Assembly (NCBI GenBank): GCA_963723515.1
Contig: CAVRQT010000002.1
Span: 96,001-160,000, forward strand
Length of the DNA: 64,000 nucleotides
Source: Vulcanimicrobiota bacterium
Lineage (GTDB): Bacteria > Vulcanimicrobiota > Vulcanimicrobiia > Vulcanimicrobiales > Vulcanimicrobiaceae
Reading direction: 5' to 3'
Part shown: positions 43,296 through 55,559 of the stretch, one piece after another
Layout: each line of letters starts with the position of its first letter
How positions within the stretch are numbered: position 1 is the first letter of the stretch
Position numbers and translations under genes: made by a program
Notes under the pieces: generated by a model
Database searches by the model: none
What the model was told of the DNA's origin: nothing
Seen by the model: the letters and a program-made list of their open reading frames with translations, nothing else

Positions 43296-45110
43296 ATGCT
43301 CGGCGGACCGCCCGTTCACTTGATGTGGTCGGGGACCTATCGACCGGATAAGCCGCAAGTCGGCAAAGTTGAATTGCGCCGCATCGGCGCTTTTTTCGCG
43401 CCCTATTGGAAGCAAGAAACGATCGTGCTGGTCTGCATGCTGCTCGTCTCGTTGCTTGGACTCATACCGGCGATTATCACCGCATGGATCATCGACCGAG
43501 CGATTCCGCATCACAATCTTCGTGAGTTGGGCTGGTACGTTGGGCTGATCGCGGGCTCCGCACTGATCGCAATGCTGATCGGCGTCTATCAGGGTTACCT
43601 AAACTCGGTTGTCGGCGAAGGCATCATGCGCGACATTCGCACGCGACTTGTGGCGCATCTCCATAAGATGGCGCTTTCGTTCTTCACGAACACGAAGACC
43701 GGCGAGATCATGAATCGCGTCTCCAACGATGTCGACAACATCGACAACGTCGTCACCGGAACGCTCGTAACGATCATCACGAACGTCTTAACGATCGTCA
43801 CGACGCTCGTTACGATGTTCCTGATTAATTGGCGTCTGTCGCTGCTGGCAATCGCGGTCGTGCCGTTGATGATTTTGCCGCTTGCACCGGTCGGTCGCAA
43901 GATGTACGAAATTCGTAAGCGCACACGAGAAAAACGCGACGAGATTGAGAGCATCACGCAAGAAACGCTCTCGATTTCGGGCATCACGCTGATCAAGTCG
44001 TTCGCGCGCGAGAATTACGAACGATCGCGTTTCTACGACGTCGGCACGCGCTTGATGAAGCTAGAGATTTCCCTCGCGATGGTCGGGCGGTGGTTCATCG
44101 GCGCGATCGGCGCGATGGTCGTCGTCGGGCCGGCGATCGTTTGGTTCGGCGGGGGCTGGCTCGCGATTCGCGGATCGCTCACGACCGGCATCATCGTCGC
44201 CTTCGTTAGCTTAATTGTGTCGCGACTTTACGGGCCGGCAGCAGCGCTCGCCGGCATTCAAGTCCAAATCGTTAGTGCGTTAGCCGTCTTTGAGCGTATC
44301 TTCGACTACCTCGACATGCAGCCGGAACCATACGTCGCGCCCGGCGCAATTGCGTTGGAGCATCTCCGCGGCGACATCCGGTTCCAAGATGTTTATTTTT
44401 CGTACACCGGCGATCGCACCGCGCTCGACGGGGTGAATCTCCATATCGAGCCGGGGCAAGCGGCGGCGTTTGTCGGCCCATCCGGTGCCGGCAAAACGAC
44501 GATCACGCAGCTCGTGCCTCGCTTCTACGATCCGCAGCACGGACACGTTTTGATCGATGGGCACGATGCGCGCGCGCTCACGCTCGAATCGCTTCGCCGC
44601 GACATCGGCATCGTGGCGCAAGAGACGTACCTCTTCCACGACACGATCGCGAACAATCTGCGCTACGCAAAGACCGACGCAACGCAGCCTGAATTGGAAA
44701 CTGCGGCGCGCGCCGCCAACATTCACGATTTCATCATGCGTCTGCCCGAGCGGTATGACACGATCGTCGGCGAGCGTGGACACAAACTGAGCGGTGGGGA
44801 ACGCCAGCGATTGGCGATCGCCCGCGTGCTGCTAAAAGATCCGCGTATTTTGATCTTGGATGAAGCGACGAGCTCGCTCGACTCGATCAACGAAGCGGCG
44901 ATTCAGGCGGCGCTGATCGCTTGCATGCAGGGACGGACAAGTCTCGTGATCGCGCACCGGCTCTCGACGATTCTCTCAGCGGATGTCATCTTCGTCATCG
45001 ACAACGGACGAATCGTAGAAAGCGGCACGCATCCGGTGCTGCTCGCGCGCAACGGCGAATACGCGCATCTTTATCGCAAGCAATTCCGAGAGGAGGCCAT
45101 CGCAACCTAA
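43296..45110 (+). CDS. ABC transporter, fused permease/ATPase
   Basis: TM domain; GPSGAGKT, LSGGERQR, ILDEATS, IAHRLST. Confidence 0.95.
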   Translation: MLGGPPVHLMWSGTYRPDKPQVGKVELRRIGAFFAPYWKQETIVLVCMLLVSLLGLIPAIITAWIIDRAIPHHNLRELGWYVGLIAGSALIAMLIGVYQGYLNSVVGEGIMRDIRTRLVAHLHKMALSFFTNTKTGEIMNRVSNDVDNIDNVVTGTLVTIITNVLTIVTTLVTMFLINWRLSLLAIAVVPLMILPLAPVGRKMYEIRKRTREKRDEIESITQETLSISGITLIKSFARENYERSRFYDVGTRLMKLEISLAMVGRWFIGAIGAMVVVGPAIVWFGGGWLAIRGSLTTGIIVAFVSLIVSRLYGPAAALAGIQVQIVSALAVFERIFDYLDMQPEPYVAPGAIALEHLRGDIRFQDVYFSYTGDRTALDGVNLHIEPGQAAAFVGPSGAGKTTITQLVPRFYDPQHGHVLIDGHDARALTLESLRRDIGIVAQETYLFHDTIANNLRYAKTDATQPELETAARAANIHDFIMRLPERYDTIVGERGHKLSGGERQRLAIARVLLKDPRILILDEATSSLDSINEAAIQAALIACMQGRTSLVIAHRLSTILSADVIFVIDNGRIVESGTHPVLLARNGEYAHLYRKQFREEAIAT

Positions 45111-45113
45111 GAA

Positions 45114-45579
45114 ATGGCAGAAAAACCGCAAACCGTCGATCGATACCTTAAAGCGCTGAGCCCTGAAAAACGAGCCGCGCTGGAGAAGCTGCGCAAAGAC
45201 ATCAAGTCAGCTGCGCCAGCAAGCCGAAGAATGCATCGCTTACGGAATTCCGACGTTCCGCCTCAACGGCAAGATGCTCGTTTCGTTTGCGGCGCATGCG
45301 AAGCACTGCGCATTCTATCCCGGCGCGGAACCACTCCGCGAGCATAAAGATGCGCTGAAAGCGTACAGCACTGAGAAAGGCACGGTCCGTTTTGACGCGG
45401 CGAAGCCGTTGCCCACGACCTTAGTCCGCAAACTCGTGAAGACCCGCGCGACCCAAGTCAGCGGCGAAACGAAGTCCGTTAAGACAAAAGGCACGTCAAC
45501 GAAACGCAAATCCAGCAGGCGGAAATCTCGAGCAGCTGAGATAGTCCCTGGTGTCATACTGAGCTTACCACGTGCTTGA
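45114..45579 (+). CDS. DUF1801 (YdhG-like) protein; frameshifted
   Basis: TVDRYLKAL...LEKLRKDIK; FAAHAKHCAFYP; KGTVRF...PLPTTLVRKLV. Confidence 0.8.
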
Positions 45580-45618
45580 TCGCCGATGGTCGCGGTGCTC
45601 GAGAGTCTCAGCGTGACA
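45543..45618. repeat. REP-like repeat, degenerate
   Basis: AGTCCCTGGTGTCATACTGAGCTT...CTCAGCGTGACA. Confidence 0.6.
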
Positions 45619-45623
45619 GTGGT

Positions 45624-46301
45624 TTACGTATGCGCCGGAACTTTGTGCAGACGCATGACCATCGGTTCGACCGGCACTTGCAATGGCGGCTCCGTCGCCG
45701 TTTTACTTCTCTACCGTTACATCGGGCGCTAACTCGCGCAGATAGAGTCCATCCGGCTCAACGTCGATCACCGCCATATCGGTGATGATCCGCTGCACGA
45801 CGTGTTTGCCGGTCAGCGGCAGCGAACATCGGTTCGACGATCTTATGAGCGCCGCCTTTGGCGACGTGCTCCATCATCACGATCACGCGCTTTGCGCCGT
45901 GCACGAGGTCCATGGCGCCGCCCATTCCCTTCACCATCTTGCCGGGAATCATCCAATTGGCAAGATCGCCATCTTTGGAAACTTGCATCGCGCCCAAGAT
46001 CGCAACGTCGATATGCCCGCCGCGGATGATGCCAAACGACGCTGCGGAATCGAAGAATGAAGCACCCGGCAACACCGTCACCGTTTCTTTGCCCGCGTTG
46101 ATCAGGTCCGCATCTTCCTCACCCTCAAACGGATACGGACCCATGCCCAAGATGCCGTTCTCGCTTTGCAAAATGACCGTCACACCTTCGGGCACGTAAT
46201 TCGGAACAAGCGTCGGCAAACCGATGCCCAGGTTCACGTACTGATTGTCTTCGAGCTCTTGCGCGACGCGTTCGCGCCAGCTCGTTGCGCGATAAGGTCA
46301 T
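45624..46301 (-). CDS. scoB: 3-oxoacid CoA-transferase subunit B; frameshifts
   Basis: [31 protein letters not shown]. Confidence 0.92.
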
Positions 46302-47060
46302 GCGGCTCGCTGTTCGCTTGCGCGTGGTTACGCGCTCGATCCGCTTCCCTTGCGGGCCGACGATAACGACTCGCTGTACAAAAATCCCCGGCGTATGAAC
46401 CTCTTCCGGACGTAACTCGGCCGGTTCGACCAGTTCTTCCACCTCCGCAATTGTGATACGGCCCGCCGCCGCGCATAACGGATTGAAATTGCGCGTCGTC
46501 TTGTCGTAGACGAGGTTGCCGTATCGATCGCCCTTTGTCGCGCGCACCAGCGCGAAATCGCAAATGATTCCCTCTTCGAGCACGTAATCGCGTCCCTTGA
46601 ACCGGCGCGTTTCTTTTTTCGGCGACGGCTTCTCGATCGAACCGTCCGCCTTATGTTTGAGCGGCAACCCGCCCTCAGCTACTTGCGTACCGACACCCGC
46701 CGGCGTAAAAAATGCCGGAATGCCAGCCCCACCCGCGCGCAGTCGCTCGGCGAGCGTTCCCTGCGGCACGAGCTCGACTTCGAGTTCCCCGTGCAGATAT
46801 TGGCGCTCAAACTCGCGATTCTCACCGACATACGAGCCGGTCGTGCGGCGGATGCGCTTGTGGTCGAGCAGCACGCCCAAACCCCAGCCGTCAACGCCGC
46901 AATTATTTGAAACGGTTACGAGATCGGTTACGCCCTGCTCGAGCAGCGCTTCAATCAGATTGTGCGGGATACCGCATAGTCCGAATCCTCCGACGGCGAT
47001 CGATGCGCCGTTCGGTATGTCCGCAACCGCTTGCGCAGCAGTTGGAACGACTTTATCCAT
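46298..47060 (-). CDS. scoA: 3-oxoacid CoA-transferase subunit A
   Basis: GGFGLCGIP, SNNCG, SYVGEN, PQGTLAERLRAGGAGIPAF, NFNP. Confidence 0.92.
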
Positions 47061-47134
47061 GCGCGATAGATTGGCACTCCCAGGGTGCGCCCCTTTGCGG
47101 CGTGGAAGGCACCGCACGACAAAGGAGTTCGATC

Positions 47135-48330
47135 ATGGCAGTTGCGGCACCGTACACATCATCCGAAGAAGAGGCGATGATCCTCGATGTCGTTCGCAAG
47201 CTTGTTGCGGAAAAAGTTGCGCCGCGCGCGGCAGAGATCGATGAGAACGGCGAGTTTCCCGACGACCTTCGTCAGTTGTTCGCGCAAAACGACCTGCTCG
47301 GTATTCCGTTTCCGGCGGAATACGGCGGCCTCGGCGGTTCATTCGTCACGTACGTCAAAGTCGTTGAAGAGATCGCAAAAGCGTGTGCGTCGAGCTCGCT
47401 TGATCGTTGCGGTGCAAGAACTTGGCGCGCTGCCGATTCTGATCGGCGGCAACGAGCAACAGAAACAGCAATACATTCCCAAGCTTGCATCGGGTGAATG
47501 GATTGCCGCTTACGCGTTAACGGAGACCGGCAGCGGATCGGATGCTGCCGGCTCGATGCGTGCGCGCGCGGAGAAACGCGGCGACAAGTACATCTTAAAC
47601 GGCACGAAGATCTTCATCACGCACGGCAACGTGGCCGACGTCGTCTGCGCTTTTGCCGTCACCGATCCGAAGAAAGGCCCCAACGGTATCAGCGCCTTCA
47701 TTCTGGAGAAAACGTTTCCGGGATTTGTCGTCGGCAAGCGCGAGAAGAAAATGGGCATTCGGGGTTCACCGACCGTCGAGCTCGTCTTTGAGAACTGCGA
47801 AGTTCCGGCCGAAAATCTGCTCGGCCAAGAAGGCGAGGGCTTCAAGATCGCGATGAAGGTGCTCGACAAATCGCGACCCGGCATCGCCGCGCAGGCGCTT
47901 GGGATCGCGGCCGGCGCGCTCGACTTCGCTACGAACTACGCGCAGGAACGCATCGCTTTCGGCAAGCCGATCGGCCAGCAGCAGGGCGTGCGGTTTTTTG
48001 CTTGCCGACATGAAGACCGAAGTTGAAGCCGCGCGTCTGCTAGTCTACGAGTGCGCGCGCAAATGCGACGAAAATGCGCCGGACGTGAGCCTTTGGGCCG
48101 CGATGTGCAAATTGAAAGCGGGCGACGTCGCGATGCAAGTCACAACCGATGCGGTCCAGATTTTAGGCGGTTACGGGTACTCAACGGAGTATCCGGTCGA
48201 GCGCATGATGCGCGACGCCAAGATCACGCAAATATATGAAGGTACGCAGCAAATTCAGCGGCTTGTCATCTCGCGGGCCTTGGTCGGCAAGTGGAAGCCG
48301 CCCGCCGACGGGGCGACCAACCGAGGCTAG
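47135..48330 (+). CDS. Acyl-CoA dehydrogenase; frameshifts near 47400 and 48000
   Basis: [49 protein letters not shown]. Confidence 0.95.
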
Positions 48331-48538
48331 CCTATCGGCTCCAAGGGGACGACGGCAATGGGGCCCGGGCTCCAGGCATGACGTAAGGTGTGATGCCACA
48401 CGAAACGAACTTTGCGGCCGGTCCTCACGTTTCTCTAGTGTAGACCTCTATAGAGAAAAAAGAGGAAAACGCTTCACGGGCTCTTCCGAGAACCCGTGAT
48501 ATTTTATGTCCCATTCTAAACCGAAAGGGGGGTTAAAA

Positions 48539-48759
48539 TTGAACAAGCTGATCGCATCCTTGATTGCGGCAGCGTTCCTGCTCACGGGTTCAGCCATGGC
48601 ATCGACCAAACCGATGACCGCGACGAAGCACGTGAAGACACACGCTGCTGCACATAAGACGCATATTCAGAAGATGCTGCAAAGAAGACGACGAGCAAGA
48701 AGCCGTCAACGAGCAAGAAGCCGACCAAGAAAGCCGGCAAGAAGACGACTCACAAGTAA
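48539..48759 (+). CDS. Small Lys/His-rich exported protein; frameshift near 48670
   Basis: Signal peptide MNKLIASLIAAAFLLTGSAMA then basic repeats (TTSKKPSTSKKPTKKAGKKTTHK in the shifted frame). Confidence 0.6.
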
Positions 48760-48783
48760 CCGTCCTTATTTTTCAGTTCAAAC

Positions 48784-48812
48784 GCGCGGCATCAAACTGC
48801 CGCGCTTTTTTT
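48784..48812 (+). terminator. Intrinsic terminator
   Basis: GCGCGGCA-TCAAAC-TGCCGCGC-TTTTTTT. Confidence 0.8.
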
Positions 48813-48815
48813 GGG

Positions 48816-49619
48816 TTAGCCCCCCACCGAAACGGGGGCGTGCCCGAAGAGCGGCGGGATAAACCGTCCCGCGAGATACGCAATCGCGAACACCGCAGCG
48901 CCGAAGAGAACGATCTCCATTCCCTTGAGGAAAGGATTGCGTCCACTCAAACGTGCCGCGTACGCCCCGATCGCGAACAGCCCGATAACCGCGAGCACGA
49001 GCCCTACGATCGACGCGACGTTCGCCGATGCCGTAAAGAAATACGGCACGATCGGAATCAGCGAGCCGGCCGCATAGGATGCCGCCATTGAAAAGACCGG
49101 GCGCAAACTGCGATCTTTCGCCACGCGTGGATCGATGCCGAACTCATCGCGCATCATTTCGTAGAGATAAATCTCGGGGTTTTGAGCGAGCCGGCTCACG
49201 ATCATATGAGCTTCATCCGAGCTAAAGCCTTTTAACTTATAGTAAGCGACTTGTTCGGCGAACTCGTCTTGCGGATGCTCGTCCATCTCCGCCTTCTCCA
49301 TGTCGATCGTTGCTTGCACGACCTCGCGCTCCGACTTGCCGCCGAGATACTGGCCTACACCCATGGAGAGGGAGCCTGCCAAGAGCGCCAGTAGGCCGGT
49401 AATGATTACGGTTGGCCGGTGCGCCGCCGCAACGCCAACGCCGGTGACGATCCCAAGCGTCGTGAGGATTCCGTCTTGCACGCCGAAGACGATCTCGCGA
49501 ATGCTGCGCTGCTGTTCGAGTTGGCGGCGTTGCGCCGTGTCGGGAATGCGCGGCTTGACGGAGCGCCAGCCCGGCACATCGACGACGACTTCCTGCGGAA
49601 TGCCATGGATGCGCTTCAT
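48816..49619 (-). CDS. VIT1/CCC1 family Fe/Mn transporter
   Basis: REIVFGVQDG, AGSLSMGVGQYL, GSLIPIVPY. Confidence 0.9.
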   Translation of the reverse strand: MKRIHGIPQEVVVDVPGWRSVKPRIPDTAQRRQLEQQRSIREIVFGVQDGILTTLGIVTGVGVAAAHRPTVIITGLLALLAGSLSMGVGQYLGGKSEREVVQATIDMEKAEMDEHPQDEFAEQVAYYKLKGFSSDEAHMIVSRLAQNPEIYLYEMMRDEFGIDPRVAKDRSLRPVFSMAASYAAGSLIPIVPYFFTASANVASIVGLVLAVIGLFAIGAYAARLSGRNPFLKGMEIVLFGAAVFAIAYLAGRFIPPLFGHAPVSVGG

Positions 49620-49690
49620 GTTGTTGTCATACCACAAAACGCGTGCCTTGAGCCACCGGGACGCAGCGGGAATGAGACGAAGTCGTTTGC

Positions 49691-50191
49691 ATGGTCGAAG
49701 AAGATCCCGAACCGAATCCAATCGTTGCCGCAGCGATGCGCATACGCGCCCGACGCGATCTCGGCGCGGAGATCGATTCGGCGACTTCCAACGAGAAGGC
49801 GACCTACGAGGATGCCGAGCATTCGCTACGGGCCTTCGCCGAGGCGTTAAAAAGCGGCATCACGCGGCTCAATGCGATTCTCGGCAAAGAGGGCGTCAAG
49901 TTGATCACTCTCGATCGGCCGTTGCGAATTCGCCTTCGATTTCGCACCGAACGCGTTGCTCTAGACCTCGATGAGGTCCATCAACTGGTGCGCGTTGAGG
50001 GCCTGGACTTGGAGGGCGAATATCAATTTGACCCCGATGCGCCGTCGCCCGCACTGATCAACCTTTCAAAGATTTCAACGGAAGCCGGCTACGGCGAACG
50101 GCTGACCGCCGCATCGCTCTTAAAGCGGGTGGCGTCCGGCGCCGAGCTGCCGCGCCCGGCCCACTTGGATGAACCGCCGCTGAAATTCTAA
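49691..50191 (+). CDS. Hypothetical protein
   Basis: 166-aa ORF with protein-like composition filling the gap between VIT1 and nth. Confidence 0.6.
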   Translation: MVEEDPEPNPIVAAAMRIRARRDLGAEIDSATSNEKATYEDAEHSLRAFAEALKSGITRLNAILGKEGVKLITLDRPLRIRLRFRTERVALDLDEVHQLVRVEGLDLEGEYQFDPDAPSPALINLSKISTEAGYGERLTAASLLKRVASGAELPRPAHLDEPPLKF

Positions 50192-50892
50192 GCGCGCTTG
50201 CGACGCTGCCGCGCCTGCTGTGCAGTCAGCTTGCTGATGATCGGCGGGGTCGGGCAAAGCCGATTGAGAGGACAGATGCCGCAACGCGGGACGGGCGCTT
50301 TGCAGATTTCTCTCCCGTGCAAAATCAGCCAGTGATGCGCATGACGCCAATTTTCCCGCGGAACGATCCTCTCTAAATCGTTCTCGACGTCCCGCGGCGT
50401 CTTGCCGAGCGTCAGCCCAAGCCGATGTGCAACGCGAAACACATGCGTGTCGACTGCAATCGCCGCGCCTTCGAACGCTACGGACATCACGACGTTGGCA
50501 GTTTTGCGCCCGACCCCCGGCAACGCTTCGAGTGCTTCACGCTCGCTCGGCACATTGCCGCCGTGTTCCTCGACGATCTTTCGCGCCGCCGCAATGACGT
50601 TCTTGGACTTCATTCGGAAGAACCCGCACGCATGAATGATTTTCTCGACATCATGTTGGCGAGCCGCAGCGAGTTTCTGCGGCGTAGGATACTTCTTGAA
50701 GAGCGCCGGAGTCGTCATATTGACGCGTGCATCGGTGCTCTGCGCCGACAAAATGACGGCCACGAGCAGCTCGAACGGATCGTTGTAGCGGAGCGCCGTG
50801 ACCGCATTCGGATAGCTCTGTTCTAATATCGCGAGCATTTTGAGCGCTTTGGAGCGCGGCACTTTTTTGTGCGGAAACGGAATACGCGGCAT
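50188..50892 (-). CDS. nth: Endonuclease III
   Basis: LSAQSTD, LPGVGRKTANVV, VDTHV, C-x6-C-x2-C-x5-C Fe-S motif. Confidence 0.96.
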   Translation of the reverse strand: MPRIPFPHKKVPRSKALKMLAILEQSYPNAVTALRYNDPFELLVAVILSAQSTDARVNMTTPALFKKYPTPQKLAAARQHDVEKIIHACGFFRMKSKNVIAAARKIVEEHGGNVPSEREALEALPGVGRKTANVVMSVAFEGAAIAVDTHVFRVAHRLGLTLGKTPRDVENDLERIVPRENWRHAHHWLILHGREICKAPVPRCGICPLNRLCPTPPIISKLTAQQARQRRKRA

Positions 50893-50896
50893 CTTT

Positions 50897-51781
50897 TCAG
50901 TCGCTTAAGGCAACGCGGTCGCCGTGGCGCTGAACGATTCCGTCGCGCTCCAATTCTCTGAGGAGCGGCTCAACGAAATCGAGCGACGCGTTCGAAAGCA
51001 TGCCTTCAAGATCGGCATGTAAATCCAAGAGCGATATCGCCTGACCTGAGGGCAGCGCACGAAGCCGATCCACGATACGTCCCCGCGCATGGCGCGTCGT
51101 CAAAGCAAACGGAATGCGCTCTTGCAGAGACTTCGCCCGGCGGCGATGCGAGGGGAACGGTGCGGCCGCGCAGTCGGCCTGAACCGGACATCGTTCGCAC
51201 GCCGGTGCGCGCGCCGTGCAGACCAGCGCACCGAGATCCATCAGCGCGGAATTCCACGCATAGGCGCGCCCGGCCGGCAGCATCTTCATCGCTCGTGCCT
51301 TCAACTTGCGCTCCGCTGCTGCCGTCGACGAATGGCTGCCTCGAAAGATCCGCTGCATGACGCGCCTGACGTTGGCATCGATCGCGACGTCATCGTGCTC
51401 GAATGCAAAGACACGTAACGCCGCAGCGGTGTATTCGCCGACGCCCGGCAGTGCGAGCAACGCTTCCTTGTTGTTCGGCAAGACGCCGCCGTAGCGCCGC
51501 ACGACTTCGTGCGCGATCCGTTTGAGTCGGACCGCTCGCAGGTTGTAGCCCAATCCCTTCCAGGCGCGAACCACATCGGCCGTCGATGCCGCCGCAAGCA
51601 TGCCAAAATTGGGAAACTGCTCGATAAAACGATGGTAGGCGGGGATGACGCGCTCCACCTGGGTCTGCTGCAACATCAATTCGCTGACCAGAATTCGATA
51701 CGGATCGCGCGTTTGGCGCCACGGCAGCGATTTACGCCCATCTCGAGCAAACCAGGACAGCAGAGCGCGCTGCAACCGCAT
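50897..51781 (-). CDS. mutY: A/G-specific adenine glycosylase, short form
   Basis: LPWR, SELMLQQT, WKGLGY, LPGVGEYTA, DANVRRV, MDLGALVC. Confidence 0.9.
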   Translation of the reverse strand: MRLQRALLSWFARDGRKSLPWRQTRDPYRILVSELMLQQTQVERVIPAYHRFIEQFPNFGMLAAASTADVVRAWKGLGYNLRAVRLKRIAHEVVRRYGGVLPNNKEALLALPGVGEYTAAALRVFAFEHDDVAIDANVRRVMQRIFRGSHSSTAAAERKLKARAMKMLPAGRAYAWNSALMDLGALVCTARAPACERCPVQADCAAAPFPSHRRRAKSLQERIPFALTTRHARGRIVDRLRALPSGQAISLLDLHADLEGMLSNASLDFVEPLLRELERDGIVQRHGDRVALSD

Positions 51782-51838
51782 TGTACGCCGATGTTTCGAA
51801 GGTACTGCAGTAGTCCTTCGTCAAGGAAATGTTGATAG

Positions 51839-53307
<1,469 letters not shown>

Positions 53308-53321
<14 letters not shown>

Positions 53322-53988
53322 GATTCGCTCGGCAAATCTGCTCGATCTTGGATTGCGTCCGTATCGAGAAGTTTGGGATTTGCAGCATGCGATTCATGAT
53401 CGCGTTGCAGACGGAAGGCAAACCGACACGTGGATCGTCGTCGAGCATCCGCCGGTCATTACGCTGGGCCGCACGGCAAAGCAGCAAAACATTTTGCTTT
53501 CGGAGCCCTTGCTCGCAGCGCGAGGCGTCGATCTCGTCCAGGTCGAGCGCGGCGGCGACGTTACGTACCATGGGCCGGGTCAACTGGTGGTCTATCCAAT
53601 CCTGCGGTTGCCGCGCTTTCGCGAAATCGTTCCGCTCGTTCGCCGCTTAGAGGGCGCCGTGATCGATGCTTGCGCCGCCTTTGGAATCCTCGGCGAACGT
53701 TGGAGCGAGCATGCCGGGGTTTGGGTTGGAAGCAATCAGATTTGTGCGTTTGGACTCGCGGTGCAGCGAATGACGTCGCTTCACGGTCTTGCGTTCAACG
53801 TCGCCACGGACCTGACGTACGATCGTTTGATCACGCCATGTGGTCTGCCCGATCGCGGCATCACGTCGATCAGCGCCGAAATTGGTCGCACCGTGCCGAT
53901 TGACGAAGCAAAGGGCGTGCTTTTGGAGTCGCTCTCGCGAGCATTTGAGGTTGAATTTACTGCGGGCGAGAAAGCCGCAACGACCTGA
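53308..53988 (+). CDS. lipB: Octanoyltransferase LipB
   Basis: EHPPVITLG, RGGDVTYHGPGQ, HGLAFNV, PCG. Confidence 0.94.
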
Positions 53989-54884
53989 TGGCCGTGGAAA
54001 TTAATCTTCTGGAACCAACGTCCGCAGCACGGCCGGCTCACAAGCCGCCGTGGCTCAAAGTCAGCTTGCCTCACGGCGACGACTACGAACGGGTCAATGC
54101 GAAGGTCCGAACCCTCGCTCTAAACACCGTCTGCCGGGAAGCGCTGTGTCCAAATATCGCCGAGTGCTGGGGACGCGGAACGGCGACGATCATGATTCTC
54201 GGCGACACATGCACGCGCGGCTGTCGATTCTGCGCCGTGAAAACCGGCAACCCGAAGGGACACGTCGACTGGCTCGAGCCGCAGCGCGTTGCTGAGGCGG
54301 TACGCGATCTTGGATGGCGCTATCTCGTCGTTACGGCGGTCGATCGCGACGATCTGGCAGACGGCGGCGCCCTGATCTTCGCCAACACCGTTCGCGCCAT
54401 TCATGAAACCGTACCCGGAGCACGCGTTGAGGTACTGAGCGGCGACTATCGGGGCGATCTGCGCTCGCTCGATATCGTCCTCGACGCCGAGCCGGATGTC
54501 TTTGCGCATAATCTGGAGACCGTGCGACGCCTAACCCCGCGCATTCGTGACAAGCGCGCGAAGTACGATCAATCGCTGGCAATTCTGTGCCATGCGAAAC
54601 GACGCGCGCCGAAGCGTTTCACGAAGACCTCGATCATGATCGGTCTCGGCGAAGAGCAACCCGAGATCGAGCAAGCAATGGATGACGCCCGCGGCGTCGG
54701 CGTTGATATCTTTACGATCGGCCAGTATTTGCAGCCGAGTAAGCGACATCTGCCCGTAACGGACTTCGTGACGCCCGAGCGCTTCAGCGAGTTGGGCCGC
54801 GTAGCGAAGGCGAAGGGCTTCCACCAGGTCGTTTCGAGCCCGCTTTCGCGCAGCTCATATCACGCCGAGCAGGCTTTCAAGTAA
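53988..54884 (+). CDS. lipA: Lipoyl synthase
   Basis: KPPWL, CREALCPNIAECW, CTRGCRFC, HNLETV, RSSYHA. Confidence 0.97.
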   Translation: MAVEINLLEPTSAARPAHKPPWLKVSLPHGDDYERVNAKVRTLALNTVCREALCPNIAECWGRGTATIMILGDTCTRGCRFCAVKTGNPKGHVDWLEPQRVAEAVRDLGWRYLVVTAVDRDDLADGGALIFANTVRAIHETVPGARVEVLSGDYRGDLRSLDIVLDAEPDVFAHNLETVRRLTPRIRDKRAKYDQSLAILCHAKRRAPKRFTKTSIMIGLGEEQPEIEQAMDDARGVGVDIFTIGQYLQPSKRHLPVTDFVTPERFSELGRVAKAKGFHQVVSSPLSRSSYHAEQAFK

Positions 54885-54935
54885 CCGAGGACCGCTTCTC
54901 ATTCTCTTTTCAGCCGGCGACGGCACAATTGGGGC

Positions 54936-55415
54936 ATGTCGCGGGTTTATATAGATAGCATGAAAAAAGCGATTACAACGGCCCTCGGCCTGGTTCTCGG
55001 CCTCAGCCTCCTGACCGCCACGGCGGTAAGCGCGGAGCCAACCAGCCGGCCGATGGACTTCTCGACCCAAATGACGCCGTCGTTCCCCTTCACGGACTAT
55101 GCCGGCGCATACCTGGGCTCGCTCCATCTCGTCTTTGCGCCGGACGGCACAGTTTCAGGATGGTACCGCGCTCAGGATGCGGGGCCGGTGCAGCCCGTCG
55201 TCGGTGGACGCGATGGGAACACGATCTGGTTTGACATCGGAACCCAAGCTTCTCTGCCGGTCGAACAGGCACCAGGCGGATCAGCCCAAGTGAGCGGACC
55301 GCTCCAAGTAACCGGTAAACTCCAAAACGGTCACATCGTCGGAACGGCCCAGAACGGCTCTTCCTATTTAGCATTCGCTGCACAACAGCAGCCGACGTCA
55401 GAGCAGACGCAATAG
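54936..55415 (+). CDS. Hypothetical exported protein (start 54936 or 54960)
   Basis: Signal peptide MKKAITTALGLVLGLSLLTATAVSA; beta-rich mature part. Confidence 0.65.
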   Translation: MSRVYIDSMKKAITTALGLVLGLSLLTATAVSAEPTSRPMDFSTQMTPSFPFTDYAGAYLGSLHLVFAPDGTVSGWYRAQDAGPVQPVVGGRDGNTIWFDIGTQASLPVEQAPGGSAQVSGPLQVTGKLQNGHIVGTAQNGSSYLAFAAQQQPTSEQTQ

Positions 55416-55419
55416 AGAG

Positions 55420-55503
55420 TCGAAGAGATTGTAAAAAAATCTCTTCAAAGATAGAGTGAGGTAGATAGCGGAGTGGACAGTAATGCCTACTCCGCTTTCG
55501 TTC
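55420..55503 (+). repeat. Two-hairpin dispersed element, copy 1
   Basis: GAAGAGATT/AATCTCTTC hairpin, purine linker, AGCGGAGTGG-ACAGTAATG-CCTACTCCGCT hairpin. Confidence 0.55.
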
Positions 55504-55559
55504 TGAGTGTCTGCCAACGATGCTAGGGTTTGGGCGAGCACAGGCGGTAGCATCGTTCC

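Noticed and set aside
46125..47117. Natural ScoA-ScoB fusion
   Set aside because: The junction contains an ATGA overlap typical of coupled genes and the region has other indels, so the read-through is probably an error
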